Below, piece after piece: positions 18,936 through 30,359 of a stretch of DNA of 64,000 nt. The position numbers were made by a program, and so were the translations under genes. The stretch is from positions 20,868 through 84,867 of the forward strand of contig JAQWHM010000002.1 in assembly GCA_029249345.1 (NCBI GenBank), read 5' to 3'. Numbering within the stretch: position 1 is the first letter of the stretch; every line of letters begins with the position of its first letter. The DNA is from Rhodothermales bacterium. Its GTDB lineage: Bacteria; Bacteroidota; Rhodothermia; Rhodothermales; UBA10348. A model generated the notes under the pieces. It ran no database searches, was not told the DNA's origin, and saw only the letters and a list, made by a program, of their open reading frames with translations.

Positions 18936-19221
18936 TTTTTTACTCTAGATGATCGTTTAAACAGTAGTTCGTGGCGCGGTGGCATTACGTTCGCCGTACG
19001 TGGCCAGATTACGCGCACTCATGGATGTCTCCATGGCCCATTCGTGCGTGATTTCAGAGAAGGGTAGGGCTTTTGCTACTTCCACGCGTGGTCACCTTTT
19101 GGATCTCCTTAGAAAGTACAACTACAGTATTGCTTAAGAGCAATTCGCGTCGAAATGCACGGCCATTTCATCCTGGTCCTGCCATGCGTTCTTGTGCAAA
19201 AAAAAACACCTTGCCGCGCCG

Positions 19222-21834
19222 CTAATCAACTCTCAATACATGGGCTGGAATGATTTTTATTAGCTTTATCGACTGCAATGAAAGCGAGATGGCAGCAACA
19301 CCGAAAACCAAGATATTGGCTACGATGTATGGCGCCATACTTTGAGGGACGTCCACAGCTGCATATCTCAGAAATGTATTGCTGAAAGTGAAATAGCAGA
19401 GGGGCGTGGCGATGGCGGTAGCTATTCCGAGCATTACCAAAAACTCCCGATTCACTATGTATATCAAGTGTGAGGCTGACGCTCCCATTGATTTTCGTAT
19501 TCCTACTTCTTTCATGCGCTGAGCGGCTTTCTGAGAAGCCATTCCGAACAATCCCATGCATGAAATGAGGAGAGCAAATATCGCGATATACCCCATGAAT
19601 ACGGACAATCCTTTTAATGAGTCCGCTTGAAATACTTCTGTTTGCGGATAGTAGGAAAACTCAACTTCAGGGAAGTTGGTTTGCCATATACCTTTCAATG
19701 ATGCGACGGCTGTCAATGACATCTCATCCATAACACGAACAGCCAAACTGTTAAATACGTCCGCGCTGGCGACGGCAAAAATAACAGGCTCTTCCATTCC
19801 GGCGAACGGTTGGAGAAGAAAGTCTTCAATCACTCCAACGACCGAATAATTGTGGTCATCGATGCGAATGGTCTGGCCAAGTGAGATTTCCCATCCCATC
19901 TGTTTAGCAAACGTCTGATTGATCACTACTGATGAAGAATCATCTGCTGTATGAGCCTCAGAAAAGAGACGTCCTTCCATGACCTCAAGACCGATGGTGT
20001 CTAGGTAGTCAGGGCCTACGCCGTAGTAGTAGCTTTTCTTTTCTACTCCTTCAACCATCACAGATAAGCGAACGCGGTTGGCGCCCACGTGGTCTCTTGC
20101 ACCAGCCACCATTTCCACATTGGCCAACTGGGAGGCTTCGTGCTTGAGCTGGGTAAAGTGCTCTCGATTAATTACGGGAAGAACTAGGATGTTATCTGGC
20201 TCATATCCCCAATCTCCAGCTGTCAGTTTTTCGTCGATAGATGATGCAAATGTTGCAAAACTGATGGTGATAATGGTCAGAATAAACTGAATAGTAGTTA
20301 GTGCACGTGTCAGACTTTTCTTTTCGCCCAACTTTCGACTTCCGCGAAGTATCTCAACGGGTTGAAAAGATGACACATAAAAAGCGGGGTAAGAGCCTGA
20401 AAGAACGCCAATCGTAACCAGAAGGCCGATCAAGAAGACCCAAAAGGCTCCATTGCCGAGATAGCCGGGTTGGATTTCAAAACTGGTGTGCACCATACTG
20501 TTCATAAAGGGAATGGTGAATCCCCATGCGAATATGATGCCGCCTACTAGCGCCACGAGACAAATCAGTAAGTTCTCTGTCATAAACTGGAGGACTAGCT
20601 GATTTTTCTCAGCTCCTGTCGTTTTTCTAATTCCAATTTCCCTCAGTCTCCTTGAGGCAGATCCCAGTGCAATCGTGATGTAGTTGAAGCACGATACGAG
20701 AAGCATCAAAAGTGCTAGAACACCGAACATGGCTGTTTCTATAATGCGAGGTGCTTGAAGTGCCCGGTTCTTAATGAGAAAAGCCGTAAACCAGTTCGGA
20801 TTGCGCACGCTATCCAGAAAAAAGGATAGAACCTGACTGGACTCATTCCCAATCTCTGGTGGGCGGATCATGGCATCCAATTTCGAGGCAATAAACGGTG
20901 CATCCGATGGATCATTGAAGTCCAAAAAAGTAGCGGTGAGTGCATTCCAATCGTCCAAATTATCTAGGTCCACATCAAGGCGCTTTTCATAACCGACCAA
21001 GAAATCGAATGAAAACCCTGCGCCAATAGGAAAGACTTCGGCAACAGCGCCCACTTCCAACATTTCCTCGTTTCCATTTCGGAATCGAATCATGAGTTCA
21101 CTACCTAGCGGATCTTCGTCACCAAAATATTTAGTGGCCATTCTTGAGCTGATAATGACCGCTGACGGGTTTTCTAAAACGGAGGGGTCTCCGCTGGCCA
21201 ACGGGAAGGAGAACATCTCAAAAAAGCCGGGGTCGGCGAATGAAATGCGTTCTCGAAACGCAATACGTTTCGCCCTTACCATCACGCCTTGCTCGGTATA
21301 CCGAACTGCTTTATTGATTTGCGGGTAATCTGCAACCAGCGTAGGTCCCATTGGAACAGGAGATGTGCCCCACTTTTGCTTCATTCCGGGCAATGTTTCC
21401 ATGGCATCCGTCGTATGCCCAATCAGAAATACATTGTCCACATTTTCGTGAAAATTGTCTCGTGTATTCAGTGCATAAAGAAATAAAAACAATGCGATGG
21501 AGCTGCCAATTGCAGCAGAAAGACCGACGATATTGATGGAAGCGGGTACTTTGTTATTTGCTAGGTTTCGTATCCCAACGAGGAGATAGCTCTTGAACAT
21601 GAGTAAACCCCAATAGGCCTTTTCAAGGAGTTGGTCCGGGATGAGTCGCAGTACCTGGCCTCGGTACCACCAACGCGCTTTCTGCACTCCTTTTTCTTCT
21701 GCAAGTTCATTGAAGAACTCCTCAAAATCACCAGCATGCGTATTGAAATGATCAGATACTAACCAGCTTAAAATCCATGCCGATATGATTGGCGGACGAC
21801 AATCAGGACGGCCATCTTCTGAATGTAGACTCAT
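19222..21834 (-). CDS. duplicated FtsX-family ABC-type permease (MacB-like, ADOP-type) with N-terminal prefix domain
   Basis: 870 aa. Two FtsX modules (LREIGIRKTTGA... and MKEVGIRKSMGA...), each followed by 3 TM helices. Large periplasmic MacB-like domains. The N-terminal cytoplasmic prefix ends in WWYRGQVLRL. The start overlaps the upstream PadR stop (ATGA at 21831-21834). Confidence 0.85.
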   Translation of the reverse strand: MSLHSEDGRPDCRPPIISAWILSWLVSDHFNTHAGDFEEFFNELAEEKGVQKARWWYRGQVLRLIPDQLLEKAYWGLLMFKSYLLVGIRNLANNKVPASINIVGLSAAIGSSIALFLFLYALNTRDNFHENVDNVFLIGHTTDAMETLPGMKQKWGTSPVPMGPTLVADYPQINKAVRYTEQGVMVRAKRIAFRERISFADPGFFEMFSFPLASGDPSVLENPSAVIISSRMATKYFGDEDPLGSELMIRFRNGNEEMLEVGAVAEVFPIGAGFSFDFLVGYEKRLDVDLDNLDDWNALTATFLDFNDPSDAPFIASKLDAMIRPPEIGNESSQVLSFFLDSVRNPNWFTAFLIKNRALQAPRIIETAMFGVLALLMLLVSCFNYITIALGSASRRLREIGIRKTTGAEKNQLVLQFMTENLLICLVALVGGIIFAWGFTIPFMNSMVHTSFEIQPGYLGNGAFWVFLIGLLVTIGVLSGSYPAFYVSSFQPVEILRGSRKLGEKKSLTRALTTIQFILTIITISFATFASSIDEKLTAGDWGYEPDNILVLPVINREHFTQLKHEASQLANVEMVAGARDHVGANRVRLSVMVEGVEKKSYYYGVGPDYLDTIGLEVMEGRLFSEAHTADDSSSVVINQTFAKQMGWEISLGQTIRIDDHNYSVVGVIEDFLLQPFAGMEEPVIFAVASADVFNSLAVRVMDEMSLTAVASLKGIWQTNFPEVEFSYYPQTEVFQADSLKGLSVFMGYIAIFALLISCMGLFGMASQKAAQRMKEVGIRKSMGASASHLIYIVNREFLVMLGIATAIATPLCYFTFSNTFLRYAAVDVPQSMAPYIVANILVFGVAAISLSLQSIKLIKIIPAHVLRVD

Positions 21835-22163
21835 TTTAAACCTCCAATCAGTGCCAAACCTTTAACTCCAGACCACATCGATTCTTCTACCGTTCGAATA
21901 TGTATCAAAGCTTGTCTTCCCTCAGGCGTGAGCTGATAGACTCGTTTATGGCGCCCGCCACGTTGGGCTTTCGGCTTCGTGAGAATGGATGTCACTAACC
22001 ACTTTTTGGACAATCTATTTATTGGCGTAAAGACAGAACTGAGTGACCATTCATATCCCGTACTTTTAGAGACCTGCTCTCTGATGGGTATGCTATACGC
22101 ATCGTTTTGCAGTTTCCAGATCGCAAGCATAACGTATTCTTCTGGACGGGTCAGCAATTTCAT
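21831..22163 (-). CDS. PadR family transcriptional regulator
   Basis: Start at the Met at 22163 (MKLLTRPEEYVMLAIW...). Winged-helix pattern ...GGRHKRVYQLTPEGRQAL typical of PadR. Confidence 0.85.
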   Translation of the reverse strand: MKLLTRPEEYVMLAIWKLQNDAYSIPIREQVSKSTGYEWSLSSVFTPINRLSKKWLVTSILTKPKAQRGGRHKRVYQLTPEGRQALIHIRTVEESMWSGVKGLALIGGLK

Positions 22164-22383
22164 ATGCGTGAGCTCAGTGTTCTGTGAGAGGTGACTAATG
22201 GCGCTGCCGTTAATCACGTTGTCTAAAGTGAAACATATACTACGGACGATTTTAGGTTTGTTTCACTCTGGATAAATTTGAGGTCTGCCCCAATCTTGTT
22301 CGATGACTTGACCCGTAGCTAGCTGTAGGGGAGATTGGGAGCTATCCCGATTGAGTCCAGGCCATCCACCTTTCCCACTACCT

Positions 22384-23676
22384 ATGTCCACTCGCCGCCA
22401 GTTTCTCCGACGTGCAGGCTTTGCATCTGCCGCTTTCGCTTTGCCGACTTCTTCGCGAGCGTTTCCCAAGATGCCTCTCAAACAGTTTGATCCGGTTAGC
22501 TCGGTCGTTCGCAATGAAGGGTACTGGGAGGAGGTTGCAGCTCAGTACGAGGTGTCAACCGAAGTCACCAATCTGGAAGGCGGCTATTGGGGAATGATGG
22601 CGCGGCCCGTTCTGGAAGCGTTCCATCGTCATACTGACCGTGTGAATCGAGAAAGCTCGTTTTACGCTCGCACGCGTTTCGACCAAGAGGCTAGCGCAAT
22701 TGGAGAACGCATTGCATCCACACTGGGCGTATCACCTGGCGAGATCGCCTTCTCTCGAAATGCAACTGAGGCGCTGCAAGCGTTGATTAGTCAGTATAAC
22801 CGGCTTGAACCTGGTGAGACGGTTATGTACGCCGATTTAGACTATCCCGCGATGCAGCAGGCTATGAGTGAATTGGCTTCACGTCGCGGAGCCAAGGTCG
22901 CGACACTCGTTATCCCAGAGCCTGTGGTTTCACGCGAGCAGGTCATCCAGACCTACACCGATTCTCTGAATGCCCACCCGAAAACGAGACTGCTACTACT
23001 GACTCATGCCAATAACAAGACGGGGCTGATCCATCCGGTTCGTGAGATTACCGCGCTCGCACGCTCGCGCGGCATCGACGTAATCGTAGATGCCGCCCAC
23101 TCCTGGGGACACGTTCCGCTGGATTTGGCTGGATTTGGAGCAGACTATGTAGGCTTGAATCTGCATAAATGGATCGGTGCACCGCTAGGTGTTGGCGCCA
23201 TGTATATCCGAGAGTCGGGTTTAAGCGGTATAGACCGGGCCCACGGTGATCCAGGAAGTTTAGAATCGATCCAAAGTCGGTTACACACGGGCACGATGAA
23301 TTTCGCCACGATCCTTTCGATCCCAGACGCACTCGACTTTCAAGAGTCGGTCGGTTGGGAAAACAAGTTTGCCCGCGTTCGATATCTCCGAGACTTGTGG
23401 GTAAGCGAAGCTCGTACCATTGACGGCGTAGACATTTTGACGCCTGACGACGACGAACTGGTTGGTGCTATTACCAGTTTTCGTCTGAACGGTCGAGGCG
23501 AAGGATCCGAAAACCGTGAACTCGTGCAGCAATTGGTCGATACCTACGGCATTTTCACGGTTGCACGAACTGGAGTAGCTGGTGGGGACTGCATTCGGGT
23601 TACGCCTGCGCTGTATAACTTGCCTGCAGATCTAGAGAAGATAGTTGGAGCGTTACGAGAACTGGCTGGCAAATAG
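22384..23676 (+). CDS. Tat-signal aminotransferase class-V fold PLP-dependent enzyme (NifS/isopenicillin-N-epimerase-like)
   Basis: Start at the ATG at 22384. MSTRRQFLRRAGFASAAFALPTSSRAF twin-arginine signal. PLP-lysine motif GLNLHKWIGAPLGVG. DAAHSWG block. Confidence 0.8.
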   Translation: MSTRRQFLRRAGFASAAFALPTSSRAFPKMPLKQFDPVSSVVRNEGYWEEVAAQYEVSTEVTNLEGGYWGMMARPVLEAFHRHTDRVNRESSFYARTRFDQEASAIGERIASTLGVSPGEIAFSRNATEALQALISQYNRLEPGETVMYADLDYPAMQQAMSELASRRGAKVATLVIPEPVVSREQVIQTYTDSLNAHPKTRLLLLTHANNKTGLIHPVREITALARSRGIDVIVDAAHSWGHVPLDLAGFGADYVGLNLHKWIGAPLGVGAMYIRESGLSGIDRAHGDPGSLESIQSRLHTGTMNFATILSIPDALDFQESVGWENKFARVRYLRDLWVSEARTIDGVDILTPDDDELVGAITSFRLNGRGEGSENRELVQQLVDTYGIFTVARTGVAGGDCIRVTPALYNLPADLEKIVGALRELAGK

Positions 23677-23677
23677 C

Positions 23678-24178
23678 ATGAAGGAGTTAAGTCCGCTAAA
23701 GCAGTTGTTACAGACGCTTCCCCAAGAGGGAAGGGTCGAGTGGATTGGAGTTAGACCTGAACGAAACGTACCCATAAATGAGCTTGCCGAAGTAAGGGTC
23801 TCTATCGAGAATGGACTGGATGGCGATCGTTTTAGCGGTGGTGCTGGCAGCAAACGGCAAGTGACGCTTATCCAGGCAGAACACCTTTCTGCGATCGCAT
23901 CATTGCTTCACCGCCCTGAGGTTCATCCTTCCTTACTGCGGCGCAATATTGTCGTTTCTGGGATTAATCTGCTTGCTCTGAAAGATAAAACCTTTCAGGT
24001 GGGCAGTACGCACCTCCGTTACACCGGACTGTGTCATCCTTGTAGCAAGATGGAAAAAAACCTAGGTCCTGGGGGGTATAATGCCGTTCGTGGACACGGA
24101 GGCATCACCGCCACCGTGGTCGGCGAAGGAATAGTACGAGTTGGAGACACGCTGACTTTTAGGTCTACGCAAAAATGA
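23678..24178 (+). CDS. MOSC domain-containing protein
   Basis: The ATG at 23678 sits one nt after the upstream stop. GDRF, QVTLIQAEHL, RRNIVVSGINL and the conserved Cys block TGLCHPCSKME. No signal peptide. Confidence 0.8.
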   Translation: MKELSPLKQLLQTLPQEGRVEWIGVRPERNVPINELAEVRVSIENGLDGDRFSGGAGSKRQVTLIQAEHLSAIASLLHRPEVHPSLLRRNIVVSGINLLALKDKTFQVGSTHLRYTGLCHPCSKMEKNLGPGGYNAVRGHGGITATVVGEGIVRVGDTLTFRSTQK

Positions 24179-24519
24179 TGCATATCGTCCTGCACTTCTT
24201 GGTCCCGTTGCTCATTGCCGCTGTGTTTTACCGTGGGCAGTGGCGAAAGGCAACAATTATCATGATTGCGACCATGCTTGTCGATGTTGACCATCTTTTG
24301 GCTAATCCGATTTATGACCCTAATCGGTGTTCCATTGGTTTCCACCCGTTGCATTCGACCTGGGCGATTGTGATCTACACCGCTCTTTTTCTTATCCCCG
24401 TTGTTCTGAAACAGAGGACAGACGGCGCAGACTGGCAACCAGCATCGTATATACTTCATCTTATCGGCCTTGGACTTCTGATCCACATGGCTCTCGATTG
24501 GATCGACTGTCTTGTTTGA
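24175..24519 (+). CDS. small His-rich 3-4 TM membrane protein (DUF6122-like)
   Basis: Start overlaps the MOSC stop (ATGA). HFLVPLLIA, VDVDHLLANPIYDPNRCSIGFHPLHS. Family name recalled from memory. Confidence 0.5.
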   Translation: MMHIVLHFLVPLLIAAVFYRGQWRKATIIMIATMLVDVDHLLANPIYDPNRCSIGFHPLHSTWAIVIYTALFLIPVVLKQRTDGADWQPASYILHLIGLGLLIHMALDWIDCLV

Positions 24520-24537
24520 CCCCGACACCCCGACATT

Positions 24538-25206
24538 ATGAAAAGCGTAGCGTTTGCGGTAGTTCTGATGGTGTTTTTACCACAACAGATCCATGAAGAG
24601 AATAGAATGCAAGAACGGGAACTGCCTAAAGTGTTAATAATCGGCGACTCGATCTCACTTGGATATACACCGCACGTTTCTCGCCTGTTAGAAGCCGAAG
24701 CGGTAGTCTTCCATCATCCCGGCAATGCGCAGCACACCGGTACAGGCCTAGCTATGCTCGCCGAATGGCTAGGAGAGACCCAATGGGATTTGATCCACTT
24801 CAACTGGGGATTATGGGATTTATGTTATCGACATCCGGATTCGATACAACAGGGTAATAGAGACAAGATTAATGGAACGATTACAACAACGCTAGACCAG
24901 TATGAGCGGAATCTGGAGCAATTAGTCTTGCGCCTGAAGGAAACCAATGCCGTTCTGATTTGGGCGAATACCACGGTAGTCCCGGAAGGTGAGGCGGGGC
25001 GATTTGTGGGCGACGATACACGCTACAATGAGGTTGCCGCTAAGGTTATGAAGAAGCACGACATTGTAGTCAATGACCTTCATAGTCAAACAGATCAATT
25101 TTCTGCCGATCTTTTCGTTTCTCCACGAAACGTCCACTTCACGAACGAGGGATATGTGCTCATCGCCGAGAAAGTAGCAAGGCAGATCTCAGGCTCGATT
25201 CGCTGA
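24538..25206 (+). CDS. SGNH/GDSL hydrolase family protein (secreted)
   Basis: Signal-like N-terminus. Block I VLIIGDSISLGY with the catalytic Ser. Later GLWD and a C-terminal H-containing block. Confidence 0.8.
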   Translation: MKSVAFAVVLMVFLPQQIHEENRMQERELPKVLIIGDSISLGYTPHVSRLLEAEAVVFHHPGNAQHTGTGLAMLAEWLGETQWDLIHFNWGLWDLCYRHPDSIQQGNRDKINGTITTTLDQYERNLEQLVLRLKETNAVLIWANTTVVPEGEAGRFVGDDTRYNEVAAKVMKKHDIVVNDLHSQTDQFSADLFVSPRNVHFTNEGYVLIAEKVARQISGSIR

Positions 25207-25301
25207 TCGGTTAACCTAAAGTAAGATGGTGCACCGTATTTTGTGTTGGTGCCCAGAGGATTAAACTATTATTGAACAAACGAGAGTACCACACCTTGCC
25301 A

Positions 25302-25835
25302 ATGATTAGACGTGCGATCCCTAGTGATGAGTACCGATTAGCCAAGTTGGCGGTGCAAACGTTTCGTCAGACGTATGAGCGCCATAGCACCCGAGAGAAT
25401 ATGGCGTTGTATCTAAGCACATCGTTCTCTCCAGATAAACAGCTTTCGGAGATCAACGATGTAAATATGGAGACGTGGATACTGGAAAAAGGAGCCGATC
25501 TCGTTGGGTTCATGCAACTCAGATCGAAGAAGTGTCCTATTTCTCAGGGGGCAGACTCAGATTACGAGCTTTGGCGTATCTATGTTGACGCGTCTCATCA
25601 AGGAAAGGGGCTAGGCGCACAGTTGCTTGATCAAGCAGTCAAATCTGCCGAACGCAAAAATTCAGCGCTGATTTGGTTGGGCGTTTCGGAGTACAATGAA
25701 AAGGCAATTACCTTTTATGAAAGAAATGGCTTCGAGGAAATAGGCGAGCACATATTTATGCTTGGTGATGATCCGCAACGTGATTTAGTAATGACTAGGA
25801 AGATCGCCTTTTGTTATCAACCCCAATCACTTTGA
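25302..25835 (+). CDS. GNAT family N-acetyltransferase
   Basis: Start at the ATG at 25302 (MIRRAIPSDE). HQGKGLGAQLL acetyl-CoA motif. FYERNGF. Confidence 0.8.
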   Translation: MIRRAIPSDEYRLAKLAVQTFRQTYERHSTRENMALYLSTSFSPDKQLSEINDVNMETWILEKGADLVGFMQLRSKKCPISQGADSDYELWRIYVDASHQGKGLGAQLLDQAVKSAERKNSALIWLGVSEYNEKAITFYERNGFEEIGEHIFMLGDDPQRDLVMTRKIAFCYQPQSL

Positions 25836-26308
25836 ACCCACCAAGAATCGAAATACTGCCTTCCAAATTACTCGTTGGGAGAAGCCTGGAAATGAGTTTT
25901 CTCAAAGATCAAACAGCCGAACTTTGGAAAGCGTTCATGCCCTTTCGGAATGCGGTGCCACACCGTGTTGGTACGCATTACATGTCCATGCAAGTGTATC
26001 CTGCAGAAAGTGCAGGCAACATTGCTCCAACCAGCATATTTCGGAAGTGGGCAGTAGTCGAGGTATCAGAGGTCGATGCCTTGCCGGATGGAATGGTGTC
26101 TTATGATTTGTCGGGCGGGAAGTATGCGGTGTTCATTCATCATGGTCCAGCATCTGCTTTTGGGGAGACTATGAAGCATATTTTTCAGGTATGGCTACCA
26201 TCTTCAGGGTTTCAAATAGATTCGAGAGAGCATTTTGAGCTTTTAGAGGAAGGATATTCGCCTTCAGACCCCCAGGCTAGGGAAGAGATTTGGATTCCCA
26301 TTAAGTGA
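25811..26308 (+). CDS. GyrI-like small-molecule-binding domain protein
   Basis: EILPSKLLVG..., KYAVFIHHGP.., ..IFQVWLPSSGFQIDSREHFELL: a typical GyrI-like/AraC-effector-binding pattern. The start is uncertain (TTG at 25811 or TTG at 25832, which overlaps the upstream stop). Confidence 0.7.
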   Translation: MLSTPITLNPPRIEILPSKLLVGRSLEMSFLKDQTAELWKAFMPFRNAVPHRVGTHYMSMQVYPAESAGNIAPTSIFRKWAVVEVSEVDALPDGMVSYDLSGGKYAVFIHHGPASAFGETMKHIFQVWLPSSGFQIDSREHFELLEEGYSPSDPQAREEIWIPIK

Positions 26309-26409
26309 GTTAGGAGTTCAATGGACGGCTACATTGATTCTAAATGAATAGCCCATTTTACAGGAATTTCAGAATAAATTGACGTTAGAAAGGGGCTCTC
26401 CTTTCATAA

Positions 26410-28623
<2,214 letters not shown>

Positions 28624-28653
28624 ACCAATTGGTTTTGAGATGGATGGTGTATG

Positions 28654-28687
28654 CCGGTTGAGCACTTCACGTGAAGTGCTCAACCGG
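28654..28687 (+). terminator. perfect 34-nt palindrome (17-bp stem) downstream of katG
   Basis: ccggttgagcacttcac|gtgaagtgctcaaccgg, 31 nt after the katG stop. No strong T tract follows. Confidence 0.6.
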
Positions 28688-28795
28688 TCATTACGCGGCG
28701 TTGATTGAGAATTGTTCAGCCTTTTCTGGTAGAAACAAAGAGAGGGGCAGAGGGTCTTTACAGTAGCCCAACCACCCTCTAACTGGTCTCTTATT

Positions 28796-29518
28796 ATGTG
28801 GACGAGATCTGGCGGCATTCTCCTCATGCTGTTTCTGTCTATTAGCCTCATTGAAAGCGCCGAAGCGCAGAATACACGAGTCCAGAACATATCAGCGCAG
28901 CGTGCTGTGTTGAGTGGCTCGGACTTGGTGGCCGTCCTCGATAGCGTTTATAGATCTGAGCAAGAACCCATTCGGCTGCGGGACTCGTTCATTTCTACGC
29001 ACGGCGCCGATTCTGAGCAAGCGCAAGCACAGCAGAAGATCTACGAAAGGAACCACGTCATCAACGAAAGGAAGGTGAGAGCTATTCTCGATAGCCACGG
29101 ATGGCCAGCGAAAAGCGTGATCGGTGAACAGGGTAATCTGACCATAAGCAATGTGCTGCAGCATTCAGCAAATGACATTCGGATTAAATACCTACCTATG
29201 ATGAGGCAAGCCGTGCAAGAGGGGAATTTGCATCCTCGATTCCTGGTTCGGGCAGAGGATCGAATTGCCACAGACCGAGGTGACTTACAGATCTACGGCG
29301 GCCAAATGAAGTATTATCCAGAAACTAAAAGTTTCAATGTTTGGCCTGTTTTCGATCCGGCTAATATTGATGAGAGAAGAGCAAAAATAGGCCTTGGTCC
29401 AATTGCTGACCATTTGATGAGTAGGTTTAGCTTTGAATGGAGGCTGGAAGAGCAACTACAACGGACGCGTGAGTTCGAGTTCAACCAAAAAGCAGCCGCC
29501 GATAAACGCGACAACTAG
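28796..29518 (+). CDS. hypothetical secreted protein (DUF6624-like)
   Basis: Signal peptide ILLMLFLSISLIESAEAQ. Blocks ILDSHGWPAKSVIGEQG, VLQHSAND and AEDRIATDRGDLQIYGGQ resemble DUF6624, recalled from memory. Confidence 0.45.
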   Translation: MWTRSGGILLMLFLSISLIESAEAQNTRVQNISAQRAVLSGSDLVAVLDSVYRSEQEPIRLRDSFISTHGADSEQAQAQQKIYERNHVINERKVRAILDSHGWPAKSVIGEQGNLTISNVLQHSANDIRIKYLPMMRQAVQEGNLHPRFLVRAEDRIATDRGDLQIYGGQMKYYPETKSFNVWPVFDPANIDERRAKIGLGPIADHLMSRFSFEWRLEEQLQRTREFEFNQKAAADKRDN

Positions 29519-29593
29519 CCCTCGTATTGGAAACCAGTCTTCAATGGGTGATCGCATAATCGCTGCGACCTATCAAACCGCCGAACCATCTAC

Positions 29594-30253
29594 ATGTCTT
29601 TCGACCTTCGACAAAGTACCAAAGTAGCTTGGATCCCACGGGGAGAGGAGTTGGCAAATAGTATTAGCCATGGATTAGGTCTTTTAGGCTCAGTTGCGGC
29701 GATTCCTATCCTCGTAATCGGTGCAGTGGAGCGTGGTGGTCCGATTGATGTAGTGGGAAGCAGCATTTTTGGCGTATCGATGGTCTTTCTGTATCTCGCA
29801 TCGACTTGGTACCATGTCATGCCTGTGGGAAAGGTAAAAGAACGGTTGCAGCGTTTTGACCACGCTGCGATCTATGTCCTCATAGCGGGTACCTACACGC
29901 CTTTTACCTTTGGAGTACTGGGTGGAGTATGGGGATGGACTCTTTTTGGTCTCGTTTGGGGAAGTGCTGTTATTGGTGTCGTTGTCAAAATTGTTTACGG
30001 TGCCCAATACTCTCGGTTTTCAACCAGTATGTATTTGGTCATGGGTTGGCTTGTTGTGATAGCAGCGAAACCGCTTCTAAGCGCGATGCCGGCCGAGGGA
30101 ATAGGATGGTTGCTAGCAGGTGGCCTTTTCTATTCCGTGGGTGTGGTCTTTTTTGTAGCGCACAAATTGCCGTATAGTCACTTCGTATGGCACCTGTTTG
30201 TGCTTGCTGGCACGATCTGCCATTTTTTTGCCGTGCTATGGTTTGCAGTATAA
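29594..30253 (+). CDS. hemolysin III / PAQR family membrane protein
   Basis: 7-TM. ANSISHGLG, STWYH and RFDHAAIYVLIAGTYTPF motifs. Confidence 0.85.
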   Translation: MSFDLRQSTKVAWIPRGEELANSISHGLGLLGSVAAIPILVIGAVERGGPIDVVGSSIFGVSMVFLYLASTWYHVMPVGKVKERLQRFDHAAIYVLIAGTYTPFTFGVLGGVWGWTLFGLVWGSAVIGVVVKIVYGAQYSRFSTSMYLVMGWLVVIAAKPLLSAMPAEGIGWLLAGGLFYSVGVVFFVAHKLPYSHFVWHLFVLAGTICHFFAVLWFAV

Positions 30254-30359
30254 AACCTGAAGTTGGCTGGAAACAAATCCGCGATTGGCGGGAAGAAAAC
30301 GCTGACTAAGATCTTCTCTCGATCAAATAACCACCTCCCATTTATTAAAAGGCAATATC

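Noticed and set aside
18936-19221. Search for a decayed arsR/smtB-type regulator in the 286-nt gap upstream of the Trx-fold/permease pair.
   Set aside because: All three minus-strand frames are broken by multiple stops, and none shows the ELCVCDL or HTH signature of ArsR.
24034-24528. 164-aa minus-strand ORF spanning the MOSC 3' end and the DUF6122-like gene.
   Set aside because: It is antisense to two plus-strand genes with recognisable motifs and tight coupling (ATGA overlap). Its low-complexity composition is not convincing.
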